A stretch of DNA of 64,000 nucleotides from Octopus sinensis. Lineage: Eukaryota. Position numbers and translations under genes: made by a program. The stretch covers positions 9,052,001 through 9,116,000 of the forward strand of contig NC_042999.1 of the NCBI RefSeq assembly GCF_006345805.1, in the 5' to 3' direction. Within the stretch, counting starts at the first letter, position 1; every line of letters begins with the position of its first letter. The notes beneath the pieces were generated by a model. That model saw nothing but the letters and a program-made list of their open reading frames with translations, did no database searches and had not been told where the DNA came from. This document shows, one piece after another, positions 1-11,785 of the stretch.

Positions 1-622
1 CTACAATTTTCGACTAAAAATATTTTGGTATTTTGTATTTTAAAGATTTGGAAACTGCCTTCTACTTTAAGAATTTGGTGGTCGATTTTTGATAAATTTT
101 ATTAAAATATTATTGGTATTTTATTTTGCGAATTCTAAATTTTTATCGAGGTATCGACTTATTGATGGGAATTTAGCTCATATCCATTGATTAAAGACAT
201 GGTTCTCTATTTTATGATTAATGATAATTTAATAATGTCTGTCTTTATATTTATTATAGTTCTACTTCAATACTTGAAGATGTTGTTCTGAATTTTAGAA
301 GAATACCATTTTACCGAAGTGTGCTGACACTTTATAATTTCCGAATATATACAATTATGTTTTTTTCTTACATCAAGTCTCAAGCGTTCTTGCTTTCCGC
401 TCTTTCCCTTCTGCCCTCTCTCGCTCACTCTTTCTCTTTCATTCTCCCTCTCTCTCTCTCTCTCTCTCTCCCCCCACACACACACATGCTCTCTCTCTCT
501 CTTTCTCTCTCTCCCCCTCTCTCTCTCTTTCTGTCTATCTCCCTACCTCTCTCTATATTCATGACATGATTCTGCATGCATTTAAGCAGTATGTACGTGT
601 TGAAAGTGCGAACCTGTATATA

Positions 623-824
623 TACTCTTTACTCTTTTACTTGTTTCAGTCATTTGACTGCGGCCATGCTGGAGCACCGCCTTTAGTCGAGCAAATCGAC
701 CCCGGGACTTATTCTTTGTAAGCCCAGTACTTATTCTATCGGTCTCTTTTGCCGAACCGCTAAGTGATGGGGACGTAAACACACCAGCATCGGTTGTCAA
801 GCAATACTAGGGGGACAAACACAG

Positions 825-871
<47 letters not shown>

Positions 872-1043
872 CATATATACGACAGGCTTCTTTCAGTTTC
901 CGTCTACCAAATCCACTCACAAGGCATTGGTCGGCCCGGGGCTATAGCAGAAGACACTTGCCCAAGATGCCACGCAGTGGGACTGAACCCGGAACCATGT
1001 GGTTGGTTAGCAAGCTACTTACCACACACCCACTCCTGCGCCT
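623..1043 (-). mobile_element. tRNA-derived SINE family A, full length
   Basis: Head AGGCGCAGGAGTGGC.GTGTGGTAAG..GGTTCAGTCCC (A/B boxes), CTTGGGCAAG core, internal (TA)/(TG), tail CTGAAACAAG(TAAAAGAG)n. Confidence 0.9.
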
Positions 1044-2388
1044 ATTCCTTTTTTTTATGAAAGTCGTTTAATGACACCGGAAGAAGCTTCTCTATGCTAA
1101 ATTTTGAGTAGGCGTAGTTTATTTGACGTGAAGAAAATGAATGGAAGTTAAATAATGCCACAAATGATATTCCTTGCATAATAACAACAACGAATATTGG
1201 AAATGGTTTACTTAATCGTTCTTGAAGAGAAAATGACGAAGCGAGGAAATCTCGCAATCACTGGAAATAATTTATTGAGATAGCAAACAAAGTACAAACA
1301 CAAAAGTACAAACAGATTGGGTTCGCAAGCACGATGGCATCGTATTTAGAATGGAAAACGCTTAGTTGTGAAGAGCTTGGTTTCCCCTATAGATATTACT
1401 AAATGAATTACAAAGATTTCAACAAGCAATCGACAGGAGCGGAAATTAATTCTTTATCAGCATCCGGGGATTTATTGCTTGTCTATTATAGCAGAATCTT
1501 TAAGTAGGAATGGTATAGTTGTGTGGAGTAGTGAGTTAATAGGAGGTCACCGCTGTGAACACTTTGGTGAATTTAGTTCCAGTAACACGCATTCTGAGTT
1601 TGTAGTCTCCTAAAGTGCAGTTTACCATGTGCGGATTAAATAATTAAAAAAGTTTAGCTATAGATAAGTTAGTATTAACGTATTTACGGGAAATGTTATC
1701 AAACTAGAAATAGATATTTGGTAAGAAAATATAAATATTAACCAAATGGCATAATTTTATTTTAATATCATTTATATTTTCCAAGCAAATACGAGACACA
1801 ATTTCGCGAAGGTTTTCGAATTAATTTTGATTTTGCAAGTGAAGCGTTGCTTTCACCATTCTTCTAGTTGTAATGTTTGAGTGATTCACTCTGTAAATAA
1901 CGGAAATTCTTCGTTTAGTGGCGAAGTAAGTTTGAAATATTTAGGAATTAAATTATACGCTGATGCTATTTTGTCTAGTCGTTATATAATTGTAAATAAC
2001 ACATGAAATATAACCATGATATCATAAATATCTAACGTTACCGCTATCATTTACTCGAAAATCAAACTACAATTAAATATTGACTAATATCGTTTGGGTT
2101 CCAGGACATATCTATTTCTAGCTACACCTATAATATATGCTTTATATAAGTTAACCATGTTTCTTTTTTGTTGCTTTTATAAAAAGGCGTGTGGCGTCTG
2201 TGAATTATATCATTTGTAAAAACCCAGTCAATCACTGAACGCTGCTTTACATTCACTGCACAACTTTCCCTGACGAAATTAGGGCTCCAAATATCTCTAA
2301 ATTTGAGTCCGCATTTGCCAAACAAATGACAAAATTAGTCACTGAACATTAGCATTTTCTTTTGCCATTTTATATTATATAGGATGGT

Positions 2389-2767
2389 GGAGGTGCAATG
2401 GCCTAGTGGTTAGGGCAGCGGACTTGCGGTCATAGGATTGCAGTTTCGATTCCCAGACCGGGCGTTGTAAGTATTTTTTGAGCGAAAACACCAAAAGCTC
2501 CACGAGGCTCCGGCAGGAGGCAGTGGCGAATCCTGCTATGCTTTATCACCACAACATTTCCTCACTCTTTCTTCCTGTTTCTGTTGTACCTGTATTTCAA
2601 AGGGCCGGCCTTGTCGTACTCTGTGACACGCTGAATCTCCCTGAGAACTATATTAAGGGTACACGTGTCTGTGGAGTACTCAGCCACTTGCACGTTAATT
2701 TCACGAGCAGGCCGTTCCGTTGATTGGATCAACTGGAACCTTCGCCGTCGAAACCGACGGAGTGCCA
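2389..2767 (+). mobile_element. SINE family C
   Basis: Homology to 47267-47646. Confidence 0.9.
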
Positions 2768-2787
2768 CGACGATAAAGATTAATGTT

Positions 2788-3003
2788 GGTTTTAAATTTT
2801 GGTACAAGGCCAGCAATTTCGAGCGACGGGGGAAGACAATTTTGTCGATCTCCAGTTCTCAACTGGTACTTATTTTATCGAACCCAGAAGGGTAAAACGC
2901 AAAGTCCATCTTGCCAGAACTTGAACTCGAAATGTGGAGATGGAAAAAATGCCGGTGAGCATTTTACTCAGCGCAGCAACGATTTTTCCAGCTCACCACC
3001 TTA
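2788..3003 (-). mobile_element. SINE family B (alternative tail, degenerate)
   Basis: Homology. Confidence 0.7.
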
Positions 3004-3326
3004 TTTATGGGGAATCTTGCCAATATAAAATATGTTTGCACTGAATTTGATTTACGTAATGTTCATATATAGAGATATGATAAATCGGTTTATATACATA
3101 TACATACACATACATACATACATACATATATATATATACATCTATGGAAATTCATATGGATTAGGTCACCTTCTCTGTGATGCTATCAAAACTTTTTTAA
3201 AATTCTGTGATAAGACTATACATCATCTTTAAGGAACTTTAATGAACTTTAGAAATCTGTTTAATTATCTACATTACTTCATGAGTATAGCCTCAAACAC
3301 TAGGATGTCTAGAGAACTTACATGTA

Positions 3327-3417
3327 TTTTAGCTGATGAGTACGGGACTCGTTTATATGCTGTAATCTTTGCAACTTTTAATAAAACCTGTCCTTGTATG
3401 AAACGATCGTACTAAAA
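3327..3417 (+). ncRNA. Type I hammerhead ribozyme with extended domain II
   Basis: TTTTAG-CTGATGA(3333-3339)-GTACGGGAC...GTCCTTGTAT-GAAA(3400-3403)-CGATCGT-A(3411)-CTAAAA. 6-bp stem I, palindromic stem III ACGATCGT. Confidence 0.75.
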
Positions 3418-3564
3418 ACCTATCCATTCTTGTTGCTTCTTTCTCGCTTATAATCACCCCACATTACTGTATTGTTAAATCAGTATAGTTTTTTTTGGTG
3501 CATCTAAGTTAGGTACCATATTCAAGTAAATTTTTTAAATTAACTTGAATCTTTATTGCTCTTT

Positions 3565-3598
<34 letters not shown>

Positions 3599-3650
3599 AT
3601 TATATATTATAACATTATTGGTGAATTGAAGAAATGGAGCTGAACGCAGA

Positions 3651-5777
3651 TTGAACAGAAATCCACACCAATTCCACACCAACCCAGCGCTAAGACTCAT
3701 ATGCCCTGCTAGATCTGATATCGGGATAATCAGTAAGTACATTTTAGATAAATATATCCCTAGTTTAGTAAACAAGCTGAAGCTCAGCCTCTGGGCCAAC
3801 TCCTCGCAGGTAGTGAAGTGGTTCTCTTCCATCCCCAATAAGAACCGTACTAGGTTCATTCAGTTTGATATCGCCAGCTTCTACCCCTCGATTAACCCTA
3901 GTGTGCTAAATAAGGCCCTCTGGCATGCTCACAACAAGGCTGGCCTCACCAGAGAAGAGATAGATATCATTTTAGTTGCCAGGAAATCGTTTATTAAGTT
4001 TGATAATAAGTTGTGGATCCGTAAAGATACTCCCAATGAATTTGATGTGCCTATGGGTAGTTCGGATAGTGCGCAGATAGCCGATTGGTCGGAATATATA
4101 TTCTCTACGAATTGTCCGACCAATTCCCGGAGATCGCGGGCGGCCTGTATCGTGACGATTGTCTGTTTTACCTGCAAAACACCACGAACAGAATAGTGCA
4201 GAAAACTAAGAGCAGGTTAGCTAGGTTTTTTAATAGAATGGGCATGAGTATAGTTTTTGATAATGAACTCACCAAGGCTAATTTCCTAGACGTTACACTT
4301 AACCTTAATAGCGACTCATACTGCCCTTACCATAAGCCTTCCACTAATTTGAAGTATGTCAGTGTCTTCTCAAATCATGCCAAAACCGTAACAGACAATT
4401 TGGTTAAAAACATCTCTCTAAGATTGTCTGGCTTGTCCGCCAGTGCCGATATTTTTATGCAGAAAGCGGAATTTTATAACGCCGCACTATCCAAGGCCGG
4501 TTATAGGCAGAAGGTAATTTATATTGATCCGGCCCTTCCGATGCCATCATTCGGTCATCAGGATAGGGCCGTATATAATAACATTAACATTTTAAGTAAG
4601 GACGGGAGCGCGGCGGATGCCGGGGTAGTCGCTCCCGCATTTAATTTAGCGAACAAGGATAATTATCGGTCCGGGAGGTCTTACACTAACCCAAGACCCG
4701 TTATTCATCCGAGAATCACCCACCCGAATGCGAGAGCTGGCGTCCCGACCCATCACACTGATAGGAATAAGCATATATGGTTTGTAATCCCCTTTGGTAA
4801 GCAGATTAGAACTAACCTCCCCCTCATGTTTAGACAAGCCATCGCCAATAACTTCCCCAGAAATTCCAAATATTACTCCACGGTTAACTCACATAAAGTT
4901 AGGATAGCTTTCTCCAACACTAAAAACCTCGCCCAGATAATCGCCTCCCATAATAATAGGCTACTTACTAAGACCCTATCACCTTTTTCCGGAGGCACAG
5001 CCTCTTCCGCTCCCGGTTTAATGCTCAGTAGGAATAATTATAGTAGTAATAATGATATGAGAGCCAGTACAGTGACACATAATCTCAGCTCCAGCCAGGG
5101 AGTACCCACTAGGGGTATAGTTATAAATAGGGGTGTTGTGGTTGACGGTAATAATGGGAGTAGGGTAGAGAGCCCCATTAGCATCCCCAGCATCATTTCC
5201 CGCAATAGCAGTACCACGGGCAGTAGCAATGACAGCACTCTGATAGATAGTGGAGAATCAGGGTTATTCCTATAGTTAATAGTGACGTAGTGGAAAATAG
5301 AGTAGTAAGCGGCTGCAGGTCTCGGAACGAATATAGTGACAGGAACGCAGTTCTAATTCAGAAACTAATCCTAGCAGATTAAGATTCACGTCGGCGAACT
5401 CCAAGATCAAAAACGCCGTCTACCAATGCAAGGTTTACACGGACTCAGATGCCTTCACTTATGTAGGGGCATCATCCTCAAGATTGTCTTTGCGTGTCTC
5501 CAACCATTACGCAACTTTTCGGGACGTGAACAAGCGCCAGACCACGGGACTCAGTAAGCTAATATGGCGACTGAAGGATGCGAACTTAAGCTATAGGCTG
5601 GAATGGTCAATTTTGTCGGTGGCCCTCCCATTTGATAGGGGCAGAAGACAGTGCAACCTTTGTGTCTCCGAACTCTTCCATATTTTGTTTGCCAGAGGCC
5701 GGATGGTAAACGGGCTCTTACAGTCGGCTTTTCGATGCCCCCATTGGCGGCGTTACACTTATCTGGCCTTTAAATAG
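3651..5777 (+). pseudogene. PLE RT-GIY-YIG polyprotein, frameshifted (ORFs 3651-4196, 4085-5275, and about 5340-5777)
   Basis: RT motifs RLICPARSDIG, IQFDIASFYPSI, FDVPMGSSDSAQIAD/LVGIYIL, GLYRDDCL, FLDVTLNL, YSNH-like VFSNH. GIY-YIG read manually: NAVYQCKV..TYVGAS..RVSNH..LSKLIW..CNLC..RCPH. Frameshifts at about 4086, 5255 and 5340. N-terminus absent. Confidence 0.9.
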
Positions 5778-6380
5778 CGTTTATAATAATACCGGCACCC
5801 ATAGCCCTTGGTAACAAATTCTGAAATAGCCTTTAAGATATCTACGATTAACCACTGCAAGGGAATTACTCCTGTAAGACAAACGGGGCTTGGTTTTCTC
5901 ACAGCGGGGGGTTTCCTTGACAAGGCAGGCTTAGATGAACACACACACACATAAAACATAATATATATATTTTTTTTTTCTTTTTTTTTTCTTTCTGCCA
6001 CCCAACGGTTATCACGGCAGTAGCCACTGACAGCCGAACGATCAAACGCACACACGTACACAAAAAATGTTTTCTACCCCTACGCCAACACACACATATA
6101 TAGAACAGTATACACACACACACGTCTCTAAGTAGATTTTTTCTCGCCCCTTATAAAACATCCAATATTCCTTAAATAGTCAGAACTTTATTCTCGGTCA
6201 CAAAGAACATCTATACACCCTCACCCACATGATTGACCGATGCCTGACCCGTTGAATTCTTCAGCCACCGGTTCTCAACATACACTGATAAACAGTTTCG
6301 CCATGGGCTCTTAGGAGCACAGTTCGATTTGTTTTTTGCTCCGCCTCTGTTCTGTTTTTGTTTTTCCAACGGATTTCCTT

Positions 6381-6469
6381 TTTTTTCCTGAAGAGAAAGA
6401 CACAATATGGTCCCATTATTCAATCGGATTTTGGTAATTTGTGCCTTTCGAAACACGTGTAGAATGAAA
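6381..6469 (+). ncRNA. Type I hammerhead ribozyme with extended domain II (PLE pLTR)
   Basis: TTTTTTC-CTGAAGA(6388-6394)-GAAAG.CACAA...TTGTG.CTTTC-GAAA(6450-6453)-CACGTGT-A(6461)-GAATGAAA. Palindromic stem III ACACGTGT. Confidence 0.8.
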
Positions 6470-6735
6470 TAAAACGATTTCTGTTCAATCTGCGTTCAGC
6501 TCCATTTCTTCAATTCACCAATAATGTTTTAATTTCAATTATCCGCACCAACGCACGGTTGCAACGCCAGATGGTTGTACCTCCAACCGTGCTGTTTACT
6601 GCTGTGATTTTTGCTACTAAGGTATCGGTTAAACTTTTGATTAATCTACTACAAGATTATTCATCTTTCTATTCACATTATATATATATATATATATATA
6701 TATATAGATAGATAGATATATGCATATATATATAT

Positions 6736-6804
<69 letters not shown>

Positions 6805-6821
6805 ATGAATATATATATATA

Positions 6822-7202
6822 TTCTTTTATTCTTTTACTTGTTTCAGTCATTTGACTGCGGCTATGCTGGAGCACAACATTTAGTCGAACAAATCGACCC
6901 CAGGACTTATTCTATGCAAGCCTAGTATTTTTTGCCGAACCGCTAAGTTACGCGGACGTAAACACCATGGGTTGTCAAGCGACAATGGGGGACGAACACA
7001 GACTCACGCATAAATATACACACAAACACGCATATATATATATATACGACGGGCTTCTTCCAGTTTCTGTCTACCAAATCCAATCACAAGGCTTTGGTCG
7101 ACCCGAAGCTATAGCAGAAGACCCTTGCCCAAGATGTGGAACTGAACCTGGAACCATGTGCTTTGGAAGCTAGCTTCTTACCACACAGCCACTCCTGCGT
7201 CT
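6822..7202 (-). mobile_element. SINE family A
   Basis: Homologous to 623-1043. Confidence 0.85.
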
Positions 7203-7326
7203 ATATGATTATATATATATATATATATATATAAAATATTATTAGAGACAAAACCACTATTTTGCAAAACAAACAAGGAAAGACTTAATCAATACATAAA
7301 ATTTTAATAAATAGTCAAAAAAACCG

Positions 7327-7369
7327 CCACTACAATCGTTTCTTGTCTTGATCGACAATCTTCAGGTGG
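7327..7369 (-). ncRNA. Type I hammerhead ribozyme (inverted copy of 8466-8508)
   Basis: Reverse complement is identical to 8466-8508. Confidence 0.85.
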
Positions 7370-8465
7370 ACTTCCAATCTTATATTTCTACATCTCGGCT
7401 TAAAAAAAAGAAATGTTTGTAGCAAAAGAGACTGAGCTGAAGTTTGATCCGTCCAAGAGTTGTGCTACTCTTGTCTGCTTTCGATTGGCTATCAGCTTAA
7501 TGAGTGAATTGGTTGAAACGTCAGACAAAATGCAGTATTTGCTCGAACGTTTAACGTTCAGAGTTCAGTTCACTTCGAAGTCAACGTTTGCTTTTCATCC
7601 CTACCAGGGCCAATAAGATGATGTACCAGTCGTATACTGAAGCTGATTTAATCGACTAATCTCCAACATCCGAAATTTCTAACCTTGTACCGATGTTAAA
7701 AAACGATCAGCAATAGTTAATCTTGCTCAATACATTCGTAACTAGGTCGTCCTCGACTTCCAGTACAAAATGATAAAACGAAAGTCTTGTAACATTAAAT
7801 GAAATTGGAGAAATAAATTAAGGCGATACAAGAAGGGGAAAGTCCTCAAATGACAGACAAATCTTAGTGTCGACGTAACATTTACAATTCTTATGACATC
7901 AATTTCTCTAATGTCTGCAGCCTGGTGATTTACAATATGTCATATAGTATATCGATATATTTCTTTGAGAAATCTGTAACAATGTCCGTAGATAGATATT
8001 TTCAGAGTAAATAAAACTAAAAATATTAATAATACAACTTCACATTTGAAAACCAAATAAATTTATGGCGACGATGAAGTCGAGGACGACCTAGTTACGA
8101 ATGTATTGAGCAAGATTAACTATTGCTGATCGTTTTTTAACATCGGTACAAGGTTAGAAATTTCGGATGTTGGAGATTAGTCGATTAAATCAGCTTCAGT
8201 ATACGATTGGTACACCATCTTATTGGCCCTGGTAGGGATGAAAAGCAAACGTTGACTTCGAAGTGAACTGAACTCTGAACGTTAAACGTTCGAGCAAATA
8301 CTGCATTTTGTCTGACGTTTCAACCAATTCACTCATTAAGCTGATAGCCAATCGAAAGCAGACAAGAGTAGCACAACTCTTGGACGGATCAAACTTCAGC
8401 TCAGTCTCTTTGCTACAAACATTTCTTTTTTTTAAGCCGAGATGTAGAAATATAAGATTGGAAGT

Positions 8466-8508
8466 CCACCTGAAGATTGTCGATCAAGACAAGAAACGAT
8501 TGTAGTGG
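8466..8508 (+). ncRNA. Type I hammerhead ribozyme (canonical core)
   Basis: CCAC-CTGAAGA-TTGTC gatcaa GACAA-GAAA-CGATTGT-A(8504)-GTGG. Confidence 0.85.
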
Positions 8509-8714
8509 CGGGGTTTTTTTTTGACTATTTATTAAAATTTTATGTATTGATTAAGTCTTTCCTTGTTTGTTTTGCAAAATAGTGGTTTTGTCTCTAATAA
8601 TATTTTATAATATTTTACTATAAAATTGGATTTAATCCTAAATCTGATTTTTTTCCCTGTAAATTTGGATTTATTCCCTAATATTTATTATTATATATAT
8701 ATATATATATATAT

Positions 8715-8861
8715 TCTCTCATTTTATTATTTCGTGCTCCGTTCTGTTGAAGAGCGTACGCGCGATACGTAAAAGAATTTATCACTTACCCTAGCGTCAA
8801 ACTAATACACCTGCTCGTTGTTTACACACCTGTCTTCGTCTTTTTTCTTTGTAAATTCCAA

Positions 8862-8862
<1 letters not shown>
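8715..8862 (+). mobile_element. Same short pLTR-like family (degenerate)
   Basis: CTGTTGAAGAGCGTACGCGCGATACGTAAAAGA..CTAATAC..CACCTGTCTTCGTC. Confidence 0.55.
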
Positions 8863-8905
<43 letters not shown>

Positions 8906-8910
8906 GACGT

Positions 8911-9319
8911 TTGTTTCCGGTTCCGAGTTCAGTCGTACTGTGTGGCACCCTGAGCAAATATTTTCAATTAAAACCTTGGTCTAACCAAAGCCTTGTAAGC
9001 GGATTTGGTAGACGGAAACTGAAAGAAGCCATCATTTATGTGTATGTATGTATGTTGTGTGTGTGTGTGAGAGAGAGAGAGAAGGAGAGAGAGAAAGAGA
9101 GAGACTGACTGAGTGTTTGTGCCTGTGTTTATCTTGCACTACGTGTTAACAACCGGTGCTGGTGTGTTTACGTCTTCATAAATTAGCGGTTCGAGAAAGA
9201 GAATAATGGAATAAGTAACATGCTTAAAAGACTAAGTACTGGGGATTCATTCGATTAAACATTCTTCATTGCTGTGGTCGAGCATGGCCGCAATCTAATA
9301 CCTGAAACAAGTAAAAGAT
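8911..9319 (+). mobile_element. SINE family A (degenerate, head truncated)
   Basis: Homologous to 623-1043. Confidence 0.8.
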
Positions 9320-9650
9320 ATACCGGAAGTTTATATAGAAATATGATATATCGTTTAGTAAATTGAAATTGGATTCGAGACCGTGATAAAGCGAAGCTAA
9401 TTAATTATTGTACCAGGTAGCAACGAAGTTGTAGCTACCAAAAGGTGAACCAACGGGAGCAATGAGTGATTGCTTTAATGATAGAAAGGTTCATATTATA
9501 TGATTGGAACTTTTGTTTCAGGGTTCTGTCTCTATGGCAGACATGTAATTCTTCATGAAGCATTATGCAAAACTGTAATTAGCTGTCAGAAAAGATGCTA
9601 GCCAATGCTTCGTTAACAGTTAAAGAATTTCTCAAATAGCAAAGCGACTA

Positions 9651-9891
9651 GGAATGGTGAGCTGGCAGAATGGCTAGCACGCCGGGCGAAATGCTCAGCG
9701 ATATTTCGTCTGCCGTTACGTTCTGAGTTCAAATTCCGCCGAGATTGACTTTGCCTTTCATCTTTTTGGGGTCGAATAAATAAGTACCAGTAATGCACTG
9801 GGGTCGATGCAGTCGACTTACTCCCTTTGTCTGTCCTTCTGTCCTTGTTTGTACTCTCTATGTTTAGCTCCCTGTTAGCAATAAAGAAATA
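9651..9891 (+). mobile_element. SINE family B
   Basis: Homology. Confidence 0.85.
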
Positions 9892-10267
9892 TATAGTAAC
9901 GCGACTAAAAGAAAATGGTGTCTATGAGCAATAAAAAAAATCCATCAAGTGATTCACATTTCGAGAAAGGAATGTTACCTAAAAGTTCTCGTATGCATTT
10001 ATCGCCTTAGAGTTTCTCTTATTTTAAATTTCCCATGTAACCAAACGTATATATTCATACAAATATGAAATATGTATTTATTGTTGCATGGTGATGGCAT
10101 TTTTGAAAGCGTGTAACAAGGTTAATTAAAAAAATTAATTATCCTAATTTACTCGCAATTTCTCTGAGAGTAAATACCTTAAAATCATATGAATATATTT
10201 CTATTAAATGATCGATTCCCTTATCTATGTTTGTATTTATGATATGATATCACGGTATCGATGCGAT

Positions 10268-10506
10268 AAGGCGGCGAGCTGGCAGAAACGTTTGCAAGCC
10301 GGGCGAAATGCGTAGCCATATTTCGTCTGCCGTTACGTTCTGAGTTCAAATTCCACCGAGGTCGACTTCGCCTTTCATCCTTTCGGGGTCGATAAATTAA
10401 GTACCAGCTACGCACTGGGATAGATATAATCGACTTAATCCGTTTGTCTGTCCTTGTTTGTCCTCCCTGTACTTAGCCCCTTGTGGGTAGTAAAGAAATA
10501 GGTATT
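10268..10506 (+). mobile_element. tRNA-derived SINE family B, full length
   Basis: AAGGCGGCGAGCTGGCAGAA..GAGTTCAAATTCC (A/B boxes)..GTCGAC..GGGTCGAT..AAAGAAATAGGTATT. Confidence 0.9.
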
Positions 10507-10544
10507 GATGCCAACATTCCCAAGGATCGGAAACTAGTCCGTGA

Positions 10545-10680
10545 CATCTACAGCTGAGTGGACTGAAGCAACAGGAAATGAAGTGTTTTGCTCAAGAACA
10601 CAACGCAGCGCCCGATCCTTGAATCGATCTCATTATCTAGGTATCATGAGCGCAGTACCCTAACCACCACGCCACGCGTA
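10545..10680 (-). mobile_element. SINE D/E head and core fragment
   Basis: GCGTGGCGTGGTGGTTAGG head; TTCTTGAGCAA core. Confidence 0.65.
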
Positions 10681-10751
10681 TTCAGTAATCATATGATATA
10701 TGTAGTTCAATTAACAAATATATTATAACAACAATATCATTATTATTAAAT

Positions 10752-10890
10752 TTTGTCGTCTGCCGTTACGTTCTGAGTTCAAATTCCGCCGAGATCGACT
10801 TTCCTTTCATCCTTTCGGGGTCGATAAATTAAGTACCAGTACCACCATCAACACTACCAAAATTTCTGTCTAGAGTAGAAAAGATTATTA
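10752..10890 (+). mobile_element. SINE family B fragment
   Basis: Homology. Confidence 0.75.
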
Positions 10891-11785
10891 TTAAAGTTTG
10901 TTTACTATGATTAAGACAGTTCTGAAATGTTCACTCTCCTATATATAACAGACGCCATATCTATTAACTTAATTTCATATTTGAGCAAAAATATTGGATG
11001 ACATTTTTATATTTTATTGGAGTTTGTCAACACAACAAAATGAATCTTTATTTATTGGTTATGTTTGTAAACGGAAAATGCGTAGAATAAATAATTACCA
11101 AAGAAACAAACTGTATTTTGTTATTGCTATAATATTACAAGCACGTCGAAGCGACATTGTTGTTATGTGTTGTTGTCGTTGATTTTAACCCCCAATTAGA
11201 CACTGCCACATCAGCCCTATAATCAAAATATTTCCTAACCGTAAACAACCTGTAGTTTTTCAGAAATATCCACCCACACTACATAATTAAGTGTATCTGA
11301 TTCAAGACGTCATGGCGTGCTTTGTGGCTGTTATTTTGTGCAGGCTGTGTGACAATGTGAAGTATTTCTTTTAGTTAGAGCCAAATACAGTTGTCTGTAA
11401 ATGCGTGTGGAACAATGTAAGCCTCTACAGTGACATCAGGTCACATAGTTATATGTTTCAAAATTGATTTTGTTCGAATAATAGGCGATAATGATCACTA
11501 GTTCCTTATCTAAGTCAATGATATATCGGTTACTCTTGCTAATTGCTTCTCTGATGTTTTCAGCATCATCTTGTGTATTCGTCTCTGTTTCTTATTATCA
11601 CTTCACCGATCAGTTATCAAAGTAGTAAGCAATGGAAGTTTGGTAGAATTGATTGCCACACCTAATATCTGTTAGAAATGTCAAAACCATTCTTATAAGC
11701 ACCAACCACGTATCAATTATAAGTCTTTGCATAGAATTAATGAAGGAGAATGCTGGATATACAACTTTCCATCAGTTTTTCTAGA

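Larger units (their letters stand above)
3611..6678 (+). mobile_element. Penelope-like retroelement (Naiad-like), 5'-truncated, with inverted 5' pLTR fragment
   Basis: RT and GIY-YIG coding remnants, 3' region with hammerhead motif, 3611-3663 is the exact reverse complement of 6476-6528, and both ends abut (TA)n tracts. Confidence 0.9.
7231..8692 (+). mobile_element. Non-coding PLE pLTR remnant with 530-bp inverted arm
   Basis: 7231-7760 is the near-perfect reverse complement of 8076-8608; 315-bp spacer; HHR in each arm; flanked by (TA)n. Confidence 0.75.

Noticed and set aside
1400-1625. Possible degenerate LINE endonuclease remnant on the minus strand
   Set aside because: Only vague similarity (SECVLLEL..PP) with many stops.
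5250-6380. Selenocysteine readthrough and SECIS, as reported for some Naiad PLEs
   Set aside because: The ORF breaks are frameshifts and TAG stops, not isolated in-frame TGA, and no AUGA..AA..GA SECIS fold was seen by eye. A SECISearch run would be decisive.
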